From a virus (taxonomy: Duplodnaviria > Heunggongvirae > Uroviricota > Caudoviricetes): a stretch of 25,181 nucleotides of DNA. The notes beneath the pieces are model-generated. The model worked only from the letters and a program-made list of their open reading frames with translations, had not been told where the DNA came from and did not search any database. Shown here one piece after another: positions 12,161 to 19,764 of the stretch. Location: IMG/VR virus record IMGVR_UViG_2681813233_000010. The stretch is one strand, 5' to 3'. The stretch's first letter is position 1; each line of letters opens with the position of its first letter. Both the position numbers and the translations under genes were made by a program.

Positions 12161-12186
12161 TCTTGTAATTACAAATGTCATTACAA
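12161..12186 (-). promoter_or_regulatory. relBE operator/promoter region (relO-like repeats CTTGTAATTACAAATGTCATTACAAG)
   Basis: Repeated TTGTAAT / ATTACAA elements 10-35 nt upstream of the relB start codon. Confidence 0.55.
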
Positions 12187-12480
12187 GTATCGCACTACAA
12201 CATGCTTAGGGCAAGTCACGAAGGAAGTCAGAAAGTAGTCGTAAGAACGGTGATCACTGTCCGCTTTGTGCCAGGAGCAGCCATTGCTAAGTCCATCCTG
12301 TATTGTGCAGGTCAGCTCGTTTTTAAAGAGTCCGGCCATCATCTTACTGGTACAGACACCATATACTTTGTGACGGTCAGGCTACATATGCACAACTCAA
12401 CTTATTCATCTATTTTTTGCTTTAGCATGTCAGTGTTGCTTTCTCGTCGGCGGGTGAGCGGTGACCTGACCTGTCGATAA
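12175..12480 (+). CDS. Hypothetical ORF, 101 aa, possibly the ydfV equivalent; coding status doubtful
   Basis: ATG-initiated ORF of the same length as K-12 ydfV as recalled; starts inside the relBE operator and has no convincing RBS. Confidence 0.3.
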   Translation: MSLQVSHYNMLRASHEGSQKVVVRTVITVRFVPGAAIAKSILYCAGQLVFKESGHHLTGTDTIYFVTVRLHMHNSTYSSIFCFSMSVLLSRRRVSGDLTCR

Positions 12481-12632
12481 AGGAACGTAACACGTTTTAT
12501 GCAACACCCGCATGCGGCAGAAAATTATTGCCGAACGTTTACCCCTGTCAACAAGCTTTACTTTCTGAGGCGCGCCAGCCCGCGAGGAAAACAATCTGAA
12601 CATCAAACAATTAATGACACAAGAAATACGAT

Positions 12633-12659
12633 TAAAGATTTTTTTGTGCATGCCGATAG
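12633..12659 (+). promoter_or_regulatory. Sigma-28 (FliA) class 3 flagellar promoter: TAAAGATT-N11-GCCGATAG
   Basis: Near-consensus match to TAAAGTTT-N11-GCCGATAA about 25 nt upstream of the flxA Shine-Dalgarno. Confidence 0.75.
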
Positions 12660-12682
12660 TGCTTTTTTAAAAGGAGAAATCT

Positions 12683-13015
12683 ATGTCTGTCACAATTCAG
12701 GGAAATACCTCAACCGTTATTTCAAACAACTCCGCCCCGGAAGGAACATCAGAAATAGCCAAAATCACAAGACAAATTCAGGTGCTGACTGAAAAGCTTG
12801 GGAAAATCTCATCGGAAGAGGGGATGACGACACAGCAGAAAAAAGAAATGGCTGCATTGGTACAGAAGCAAATTGAAAGCCTCTGGGCTCAACTGGAGCA
12901 GTTGTTAAGGCAGCAGGCAGAGAAAAAGAATGAAGACGCGACAGTTCAGCCTGATAAAAAAGAAGAGAAAAAAGACGATACAAATACCGCTGGCACCATT
13001 GATATTTACGTCTAA
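12683..13015 (+). CDS. flxA: FlxA (FliA-regulated protein), 110 aa
   Basis: MSVTIQGNTSTVISNNSAPEGTSEIAKITRQIQVLTEKLGKISSEEGMTTQQKKEMAALVQKQIESLWAQLEQLLRQQAEKKNEDATVQPDKKEEKKDDTNTAGTIDIYV; AAGGAG Shine-Dalgarno. Confidence 0.9.
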   Translation: MSVTIQGNTSTVISNNSAPEGTSEIAKITRQIQVLTEKLGKISSEEGMTTQQKKEMAALVQKQIESLWAQLEQLLRQQAEKKNEDATVQPDKKEEKKDDTNTAGTIDIYV

Positions 13016-13029
13016 GTGACAGCCGTATT

Positions 13030-13054
13030 GTGGCCCTCATCGGGCCACTTTTCG
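13030..13054 (+). terminator. Rho-independent terminator of flxA (GTGGCCC-TCATC-GGGCCAC then TTTTCG)
   Basis: 7-bp GC-rich stem plus T-run 15 nt after the flxA stop. Confidence 0.65.
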
Positions 13055-13093
13055 CCATCAGCCTTTTCTTTAAAGACATATTATCTTTGTATC

Positions 13094-13143
13094 ATTTCTG
13101 ATAGTTAACATTACAAGAATTTCTGATAGTTAACATTACAAGA
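13094..13143. repeat. Perfect tandem direct repeat, 2 x 25 bp (ATTTCTGATAGTTAACATTACAAGA)
   Basis: Two identical adjacent copies read directly; core AGTTAACATTAC recurs inverted at 14965-14976. Confidence 0.9.
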
Positions 13144-13476
13144 TATAAGTAATGGACGCACTCCCAATTAGTCTATTTAAATCGCCACGAGTTTAACTGA
13201 CAACCCATGATCAATTATGAATTGCAACTATTTCTGTAGTCACTTTTGTGGGGACAGTCCACAAAACTGCCAACTTCCGCTTCTTGCTCTTAGCGGACAT
13301 TAGCATAGGCTATTTACCATAACGCCTCATTACGCGCACCGCCCAGACTGACTCAGCGCGTTTCTGGCATATCCCCGGTAAAACAAGTAACAAACCACCC
13401 GAAAATGAACACCAGAAACGCGACTTAAGAATCTACCCTATGAATGGATATGCACTCAACCGAATCGATCTTGGTT

Positions 13477-14790
13477 TCAATCTTTTTTATCGGGATCAGG
13501 CTTCTTTTTAGGTAACTTCGGGGGCTTAACTTGCTGATGACTTTGCGTTCGGCGCGTAAGCCAGGGATGGTCAGCTTTAGGTTTAACATAGTATTTTGAG
13601 CGTAAATCAATACGGGCATTATCCACTCGTTCATGGACACTCTTTTCATCATCCAGTGGTATAGGCTCCGGGCCATCAACATACTTTTCCCAGCCCAGCG
13701 CTTTCCCGTCATACAGAACGTTAATTTCACCGTCAAAGTTCTCGCATACAGTAACAACCGAATGCCTAAGTCGATATCCCCGGCCCTCACTGCGTACCTG
13801 AAACGCACTGCTTTTGTACTGGAAAGTGAGATTTTTAGACAGAACGCGCTTCGCCTGTAGGCTGAAGATATAACCCAGTTCCTCTTCAGAATGGTGCACA
13901 TCAAGATGAGCATTATCAGTAGTACGAGGCGACGTAGCGAACCGGTTGTTATAGGCTTCAATAAAGGTCGGCAACCATGCATTTGCTGTTTCAATATCAC
14001 TGATATTCTGAAGCCGCATTTCTTTGACCAGCCTGTCCTGTAGTGTCTGATTGGCGCGCTCTACCCGCCCTTTTGCCTGCGGGCTGTTGGCATGGATTGG
14101 CTCGATGCCCAGTGTCTTTATCGCACGAGTGAACTGGGTCAGCTCACCTTCCCGCTCTGGGTTATTTACCCTGAATATACTGTGTCTATCAGAGTAGAGA
14201 GCGAGCGGTACGCCATGATCATTAAGGTAACCCCGGAGGGTTTCCATGTAAGCCCGGGTTGTTTCAGCAGGCACAAAACGCAACGCCATCAACGCACTGG
14301 TGGCATCATCAATGAAAACGATCAGTGTACATCTGGGGCCTCGATTTTCAAACCAGTCATGAGGTGAGCCATCAATCTGGATCAGTTCACCGTAAGATGG
14401 TCGTCGCATGCGGCGTTGATATATACGGGCAATTTTACGACGGCGTTCACGCCATAACCCCTCTTCTATCATCCACTTTCTGAGAGTTTCAACGGATAAA
14501 GATAAACCGTGTATCTCGCGCAATTTTTCGCACGCAAACGTAGGTCCAAAATCAGCGTAACGGCCTTTGAGGAGTGAAATTACTGTTGCTCTGAATTCAG
14601 TAGAAAAGGAATTATTAGGACGCTTTCCACGTCGGTGGGAAACCAGACCAGAAGGCCCTTCATTTCTATACCGTTGCACCAGACGTTTAACCTGCCGAAT
14701 AGAAATGCCAATGCGTGCCGCAGCTTGTTCCTGAATAATCTGAAGTCGGTGGAGTTCCTTATGACTCATCGTAACAGTCTCTTTGATCAT
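13477..14790 (-). CDS. DDE transposase with N-terminal HTH and retroviral-integrase-like (rve) catalytic core, 437 aa; family unassigned (IS481/ISNCY-like)
   Basis: MIKETVTMSHKELHRLQIIQEQAAARIGISIRQVKRLVQRY (HTH) ... LIVFIDDATS ... LALYSDRHSIF ... SPQAKGRVERANQTLQDRL (D, D, E signature region). Confidence 0.85.
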   Translation of the reverse strand: MIKETVTMSHKELHRLQIIQEQAAARIGISIRQVKRLVQRYRNEGPSGLVSHRRGKRPNNSFSTEFRATVISLLKGRYADFGPTFACEKLREIHGLSLSVETLRKWMIEEGLWRERRRKIARIYQRRMRRPSYGELIQIDGSPHDWFENRGPRCTLIVFIDDATSALMALRFVPAETTRAYMETLRGYLNDHGVPLALYSDRHSIFRVNNPEREGELTQFTRAIKTLGIEPIHANSPQAKGRVERANQTLQDRLVKEMRLQNISDIETANAWLPTFIEAYNNRFATSPRTTDNAHLDVHHSEEELGYIFSLQAKRVLSKNLTFQYKSSAFQVRSEGRGYRLRHSVVTVCENFDGEINVLYDGKALGWEKYVDGPEPIPLDDEKSVHERVDNARIDLRSKYYVKPKADHPWLTRRTQSHQQVKPPKLPKKKPDPDKKD

Positions 14791-15124
14791 GAAAAATCCC
14801 CCAGAGAATTGTCTGGGGACATTTTAGAATGGTTCAAAGGGGACATTACAGCTTGGTGTTAACAATAGCCTGCTTCTCCGTGCCTTTCGGCACGTAAGAG
14901 GCTAACCTACATGTGTCTAGCATGAAATTGGCCTCAGATTAATGTTAAGCGTCTTGCAGGACGCGTAATGTTAACTGGGGCTTTTCTCTATCTGCCGTTG
15001 GTGTCCATGCCCGAGGCAGATAGCCTCAAGCACCCGCAGTCATTCTACTTAACTAAGATTTCCCCGCAAACCGTTTTTGTCCAGCACAGTAAATATCCAA
15101 CTAAACCAATGGAGTTCGCTGTAT

Positions 15125-15304
15125 TTACCGCCAGTATTCAATGCACATGACCGCCATGAACACCCCTAAAAAAAGGGCATTTATATATCCAAATATTAAT
15201 ATCAAAACATCAACTTTTTCCATATACCTTGCTGTGAAGATGATGGGCATACATGATGCGAACAACCAGAACGCAACAAACAAAAACTGCAATGCGTTTT
15301 TCAT
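15125..15304 (-). CDS. Small membrane protein, 59 aa, two predicted TM helices
   Basis: MKNALQFLFVAFWLFASCMPIIFTARYMEKVDVLILIFGYINALFLGVFMAVMCIEYWR from ATG 15304 with AGGAGG 5 nt upstream; the track ORF extends to a GTG at 15343. Confidence 0.5.
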   Translation of the reverse strand: MKNALQFLFVAFWLFASCMPIIFTARYMEKVDVLILIFGYINALFLGVFMAVMCIEYWR

Positions 15305-15908
15305 TATTCCTCCTACAATCAATGTGCAATTACATTTAAACACACCTCAATTTGGCCGGACATATAAATATCTAAACCAGAAAAAATCACTTACATAGCG
15401 TTACAAACTCTTTAGTCTAAAGGTTCATCGTAAAACATTCCCCATACTTATCAGTCCGTTCCGCGCCAGGTAGCTCATTGCCTTATCTGGCAACCTGTAA
15501 TCAGGTTTCCGCTTTTTCAGTTGGCTGGTCGTTTAACCGACATAGTTAATCCATTAATCTAGTTGCCGGATGTTGGTGGATTTTCGCGTTTTAGTTGTTC
15601 ATAAAAGTGCACAGCTTTAACCAGTTCTTCTGATGTAACTGGGACTGGTGAGGCAGTGAATAAGGCCTGAATTTGATAGTTCGGCCTGTCGTTACAATCC
15701 TCTTTTTTCGGTACATATTTCCAGTCACCAGACCACTACTTCCCCTGAAAGTCCGTAACGCCTTTTTTCACGTAGCGATATCGCCATGCCACTGGTTTTG
15801 CTTGCCCCGCCGTTTCATGCCCTTCCTGATAATTAATCTCGCTCATTCATCGCCCCACTCATCACAATATGCTTCGACCGGAGTTTTTCCCGCTTCATAG
15901 TCATCACG

Positions 15909-16034
15909 CTAGGATTCGACATCAGCAGCACTTCCACCGCGTAACTCACCATAGTCCATTAATAGTTCATCCCGCTCTTCAAAACTGATGTTATATTTAG
16001 CTGAACAAAAATCAGCCACTTTGTTCTTCCTCAT
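15909..16034 (-). CDS. Candidate small ORF, 41 aa
   Basis: Hand translation MRKNKVADFCSAKYNISFEERDELLMDYGELRGGSAADVES; weak RBS; same orientation as neighbours. Confidence 0.2.
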   Translation of the reverse strand: MRKNKVADFCSAKYNISFEERDELLMDYGELRGGSAADVES

Positions 16035-16083
16035 CGTCTTTTATTTCGTGGTATGAGTAATTGCAGTAGTTAAAGAAAATTTC

Positions 16084-16194
16084 TTATGCTCCGTCATGAA
16101 TTTCCTCAGGTGTTGCGTCATCGTCCACTTCGAATACATCCTCAAAATCTCCACCAGCTATTCCCGTTTCAATAATAATTTTGAACTTTCGCAT
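16084..16194 (-). CDS. Candidate small acidic ORF, 36 aa
   Basis: Hand translation MRKFKIIIETGIAGGDFEDVFEVDDDATPEEIHDGA; AGGAGG separated from the ATG by a GC hairpin. Confidence 0.3.
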   Translation of the reverse strand: MRKFKIIIETGIAGGDFEDVFEVDDDATPEEIHDGA

Positions 16195-16456
16195 TTCACT
16201 ACCGCCCTTTCGGGCGGCCTCCTGATGTTCTGAGGGTGCAGAAATCCATCCGGTTAAGGATTAAATTTTATTTACAGAACTGAATTTAATTATTCAGATA
16301 TACGTATCTGTAGCCTTACGAATCTACTCACTGGATGCCTCTTTCATAAAAATAATCCAGTGGGTTTTATCGTTTTTTCCCTGTTCGTTGACAGATAACA
16401 GGTTTTCTGTCTGTCAGTGCCAGAATCTGGCTTACCGGTATTTGCGTTTCATTCCA

Positions 16457-16813
16457 TTAAAAAATCAGAACGCCGTGCGGCCTCAACACCCGAAAGGCTT
16501 CTTTAAATCTCTGTCGCGAATCATCACGCCAGGCATCTTTATTCAGCCGTCCATATTTCTTTCCCATCCAGGCGTTATCACCAACACTCTCAAGATGCGG
16601 AGGGTCTAATACAACCATCGAAAAAGATGCGTCTGCAAATGATAATGCACGAAAATCTGCGATAATGTCAGGGCTGATAATCAAGCGTCTCCCATTGCGT
16701 AATGTGTATCCTTCTTTTCTGATATCGCTGAATATCGCCCGTTCGTCAGACTTATCGAACCAGAACATGCGGCTGCCACAGCACATATCAAGAATGGTTG
16801 CCGGTGCACTCAC
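16457..16813 (-). CDS. SAM-dependent DNA methyltransferase-like protein (motif I-like DMCCGSR, motif IV DPPH), 118 aa; possibly truncated
   Basis: MSAPATILDMCCGSRMFWFDKS...SFSMVVLDPPHLESVGD...VLRPHGVLIF; GTG start overlapping the stop of the upstream ORF (GTGA); too short for a target-recognition domain. Confidence 0.5.
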   Translation of the reverse strand: MSAPATILDMCCGSRMFWFDKSDERAIFSDIRKEGYTLRNGRRLIISPDIIADFRALSFADASFSMVVLDPPHLESVGDNAWMGKKYGRLNKDAWRDDSRQRFKEAFRVLRPHGVLIF

Positions 16814-17232
16814 TGCGCCACGTCCTGAAAATTACCCTGATAGAAAGCCAGTATGCGCTGCATAACTTCGCTCTTCCGGCACTCGCGACAGATTATGTTT
16901 AGGCGACTGTCGTAGCGACGTATTTCTCCGTCAGGTGATGACCAGATAAGGTCCGGATCAACCACAGCAGGTTTCTTCACCTTTGCCCTCGAGAGTTTTT
17001 TGCGGGCGTTTTGCCAGTCCTTACGCGCCTGTTCAGAGGGGAATAACCCGTAGCCGGAGTTGTATACATCGCCACTGGCTACCAGCTCTCTGGCAAGAAC
17101 GCTCATCAGATATCTAGTCGCACCTGTTTTAGCTTCCAGTTGCCGTAACGTCTCACGGCCGCTCTGGCGCACGAGTTCCACCACCTGCCATTTAATTTTT
17201 TCCCGCTCTTCTTGTGTAAAAACTTTTGCCAC
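16810..17232 (-). CDS. Hypothetical protein with predicted N-terminal winged-helix/HTH, 140 aa, GTG start
   Basis: MAKVFTQEEREKIKWQVVELVRQSGRETLRQLEAKTGATRYLMSVLARELVASGDV...; AAGGGGGA Shine-Dalgarno before GTG 17232; translationally coupled to the downstream MTase-like ORF. Confidence 0.5.
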   Translation of the reverse strand: MAKVFTQEEREKIKWQVVELVRQSGRETLRQLEAKTGATRYLMSVLARELVASGDVYNSGYGLFPSEQARKDWQNARKKLSRAKVKKPAVVDPDLIWSSPDGEIRRYDSRLNIICRECRKSEVMQRILAFYQGNFQDVAQ

Positions 17233-17272
17233 AAGTCCCCCTTAAAATTACCTCATGACCTGAAATCAACAC

Positions 17273-18238
17273 TTATCCTCTGAAACCAGGCGGAATTTCT
17301 GTATCCGGTTCAGAAATATGATTAACACAACGCTGTACAGGTGAACGTCCCAGGCGGATGACCAGTTCGTCCCATTTTTCGCGGAGCTTTGACGGGCTCA
17401 TGATGTTTTTTACCCAGAATGGATCTCGCTGAACCCGACCAAACATTTCGCAAATTTGTCTGTGGCTTCTGCCATCCAGCATCCGCATTGTGCGCACGTC
17501 ATTGGCCCAGGCAGTCCAGTTAGGCTCTTTTGGTCGCATGATCTCGCCATCATCACTGGCTGCCTGTTCGTAGAGACCCACGATCCGCCCCCAGATCCAC
17601 TGCGCACACGCCAAATCCTCCCTGCTACCCCACTGGCGTTTTTTCGCACTAAACACAACCGCGTCGGAGTTCCGGGTTAAAGAATCCTGTTCAGTCGTCT
17701 GCGGGTCCGGTTGCGAAGCTTCCGGACGAAAAGTGTTTTTATTCTCTGTAGTAATCTCTGTTGTATTCTCTGTAAGATCATCAGGCCATTTTGACCCGAT
17801 GACATTGGGTCGTTTTGAACCAATGGAGCGTTTCATTTTGACCTCTTCCATCGTGTCATTTTGACCTGATGGAGCGGCGCATTTTGAACCGATGGATTCG
17901 CTCAATTTGCCACCATCTAAAAGCTCGCTCCCATAGTTGATCGTGTAGAAATTGGTCATATCGCGCTTTGATTTATTGAGCTTTTCACAACGCAAAAGCC
18001 CCAGCGTTTTCAGACTTGCAAACGCGCGCTTTAACGTTGACTCTGACCAGAATGGGAACTGTTCCAGCCATTGTTCCGTTGTGTTATAAATCCAGCGAAC
18101 ACCATCACATTCCATGCCGGAGTTGGTATCTCTCAACCAGTAGTGCAGTTGTTGCAAAACAATGGCTTCGTTTAAGCCAATTTTCATTGCCAGCTGCGTG
18201 TTTATAACCAGTGGGCGTTCAGCAAAAAGAAGGCTCAT
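17273..18238 (-). CDS. Putative phage replication initiation protein, about 321 aa from ATG 18238
   Basis: Position downstream of the cro-like and cII-position genes; N-terminal winged-helix-like segment (WIYNTTEQWLEQFPFWSESTLKRAFASLKTLGLL); repeated IGSK motifs; track ORF begins at TTG 18292. Confidence 0.5.
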   Translation of the reverse strand: MSLLFAERPLVINTQLAMKIGLNEAIVLQQLHYWLRDTNSGMECDGVRWIYNTTEQWLEQFPFWSESTLKRAFASLKTLGLLRCEKLNKSKRDMTNFYTINYGSELLDGGKLSESIGSKCAAPSGQNDTMEEVKMKRSIGSKRPNVIGSKWPDDLTENTTEITTENKNTFRPEASQPDPQTTEQDSLTRNSDAVVFSAKKRQWGSREDLACAQWIWGRIVGLYEQAASDDGEIMRPKEPNWTAWANDVRTMRMLDGRSHRQICEMFGRVQRDPFWVKNIMSPSKLREKWDELVIRLGRSPVQRCVNHISEPDTEIPPGFRG

Positions 18239-18740
18239 AATTCCATCCAGCTTTTTGTTGGTATTGCTGTCGATACGCAAGCTTGAAAGCAATTGCTTTT
18301 TCTATAAGTTCGTCAGTTTCACGATCCACTACGGCAGGATCAGCAAAAAGCAGTCCGGACTCCACCACATCGCCATATTCTTTGTTTAACCCGGCGATCA
18401 TGCACGTGATGCTTTTTCCGTCAGTAATTTCACGATACAACCTGAAATCACTAATCCGGATAGCCTCCATAATCGCAGGCACTAGCGCCGTGAACTTTTC
18501 ACGCTTATCCCTGGTGTCGATAGCCTTCCAGCGTTCGAATATCTTCACTCGATTAACACCAAGCGCTCGCTGATCAACCGCGCCACCTTCATCTGTGACA
18601 CGCTGAACATCGATGTTCGGGCGCTCTTTCAAAGCCCAGAATGCTTCAGTGATTAATATCGTCGCCTGCTCCTGTGTCATTCCTGGTCGACATATCCAGG
18701 CATCCAGAGCCTCACGAGCCTGTTCAGGAGTGATTTTCAT
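18219..18740 (-). CDS. Hypothetical protein in the cII position (YdaT-like?), 173 aa
   Basis: ORF directly after the cro-like dicC, overlapping its stop by 17 nt; function not recognisable from sequence. Confidence 0.45.
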   Translation of the reverse strand: MKITPEQAREALDAWICRPGMTQEQATILITEAFWALKERPNIDVQRVTDEGGAVDQRALGVNRVKIFERWKAIDTRDKREKFTALVPAIMEAIRISDFRLYREITDGKSITCMIAGLNKEYGDVVESGLLFADPAVVDRETDELIEKAIAFKLAYRQQYQQKAGWNYEPSFC

Positions 18741-18954
18741 TGTTCAACCGCCCCGCCCGCTTCGTCTTACGATATTCATCATAAACTTTGGGATCATACT
18801 GAAGCTCCCCGCCAGATGCCTCCTGTAGACGCATCGCGCGACCTTCAGGAACCAGTATCCCCCAAGCAGCAACACTTGCCAGCCTCACTCCTGCGGCATT
18901 GGCAAGCTTTGTTTTGCTGCCAAAAAAAGTAATTGCGTCAACTTTAAGCATCAA
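18724..18954 (-). CDS. dicC: Cro-like regulator DicC, 75-76 aa
   Basis: MLKVDAITFFGSKTKLANAAGVRLASVAAWGILVPEGRAMRLQEASGGELQYDPKVYDEYRKTKRAGRLNNENHS; divergent from dicA; ATG at 18951, TTG at 18954. Confidence 0.75.
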   Translation of the reverse strand: MMLKVDAITFFGSKTKLANAAGVRLASVAAWGILVPEGRAMRLQEASGGELQYDPKVYDEYRKTKRAGRLNNENHS

Positions 18955-18964
18955 AGCCCCCTCT

Positions 18965-18982
18965 TGTTAGACTTTTCTAACA
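18965..18982. promoter_or_regulatory. Operator palindrome TGTTAGA-CTTT-TCTAACA in the dicC-dicA divergent promoter region
   Basis: Perfect 7-bp inverted repeat with 4-bp spacer between the divergent repressor genes. Confidence 0.6.
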
Positions 18983-19031
18983 TTATTGTGCGCGGGATAC
19001 CTAAGTCAAGAAAAATTAGAATTACCTAACT

Positions 19032-19439
19032 ATGGATACAAGAACCCTGGGCCAGCGAGTTCTGGCGCGACGAAAAGAATTACGCTTAACACAACGAGAA
19101 GCCGCGCGCCTCGCTGGAGTTGCTCACGTCACAATTTCACAATGGGAAAGAGACGAAACCCAGCCAGTCGGAAAACGATTGTTTGCTTTAGCGGATGCTC
19201 TGAAGTGCTCACCTACATGGCTAATGTTTGGTGACGAAGACAAGGCACCAGTGCCTGCACAAGAACTTCATGTGGAAACAGAGCTAACTCCCAACCACAA
19301 AGAATTGATCGAATTATTCGATGCTCTTCCATCTTCCGAGCAGGAAGCCTTGCTGTCTGAAATGCGCGCAAGAGTAGAAAACTTCAACAAACTCTTCGAA
19401 GAAATGCTTAAAGCGCGTAAAAATAAATCAATAAAATAA
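19032..19439 (+). CDS. dicA: XRE-family HTH repressor DicA (cI-like immunity repressor), 135 aa
   Basis: MDTRTLGQRVLARRKELRLTQREAARLAGVAHVTISQWERDETQPVGKRLFALADALKCSPTWLMFGDEDK...; HTH_XRE signature. Confidence 0.9.
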   Translation: MDTRTLGQRVLARRKELRLTQREAARLAGVAHVTISQWERDETQPVGKRLFALADALKCSPTWLMFGDEDKAPVPAQELHVETELTPNHKELIELFDALPSSEQEALLSEMRARVENFNKLFEEMLKARKNKSIK

Positions 19440-19475
19440 CATTCTTTTCAAGTGATTAGTTGCGCCCACCCTTTT

Positions 19476-19493
19476 TGTTAGATCAATCTAACA
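19476..19493. promoter_or_regulatory. Second operator palindrome TGTTAGA-TCAA-TCTAACA, upstream of the ydfA-dicB operon
   Basis: Same perfect half-sites as the 18965-18982 operator. Confidence 0.55.
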
Positions 19494-19511
19494 AAAAACA
19501 CTTGCCTCTCA

Positions 19512-19529
19512 TGTTAGGTTATTCTAAAT
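19512..19529. promoter_or_regulatory. Third, imperfect operator-like palindrome TGTTAGG-TTAT-TCTAAAT
   Basis: 6 of 7 half-site matches, 19 bp downstream of the second operator. Confidence 0.4.
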
Positions 19530-19607
19530 TATTTTCCATCAAGACACCGCACGGTGTTCTCAGCAAACAGTTCCGCTACCCCGGCGTTAAGGGGAAATGA
19601 GGTCAGC

Positions 19608-19763
19608 ATGGATACTATCGATCTTGGCAACAGCGAATCTCTGGTATGTGGCGTGTTCCCCAACCAGGACGGTACGTTCACCGCGATGACGTATACCAAA
19701 AGCAAAACGTTTAAAACCGAAAATGGTGCCCGTCGCTGGCTGGAAAGAAACCCAGGTGAGTGA
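19608..19763 (+). CDS. ydfA: YdfA (DUF1391) small protein, 51 aa
   Basis: MDTIDLGNSESLVCGVFPNQDGTFTAMTYTKSKTFKTENGARRWLERNPGE; GAGG Shine-Dalgarno 6 nt upstream. Confidence 0.75.
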   Translation: MDTIDLGNSESLVCGVFPNQDGTFTAMTYTKSKTFKTENGARRWLERNPGE

Positions 19764-19764
19764 T

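Larger units (their letters stand above)
13085..14990 (-). mobile_element. IS-like insertion carrying one DDE transposase; boundaries approximate
   Basis: Single rve-type transposase ORF flanked by inverted copies of the AGTTAACATTAC motif (13103-13114, 13128-13139 versus 14965-14976, plus TAATGTTAA at 14940-14948); exact termini not determined. Confidence 0.5.

Noticed and set aside
13094-13143. The 25-bp tandem repeat as a CRISPR array
   Set aside because: Only two adjacent copies with no spacer between them and no cas genes nearby
13425-14000. 191-aa minus-strand ORF
   Set aside because: Alternative frame wholly inside the transposase gene; low-complexity translation
16201-16217. GC hairpin CCGCCC-TTTC-GGGCGG as a transcription terminator
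   Set aside because: No U-run follows on either strand; its position between a Shine-Dalgarno and a start codon suggests an RNA structure affecting translation instead
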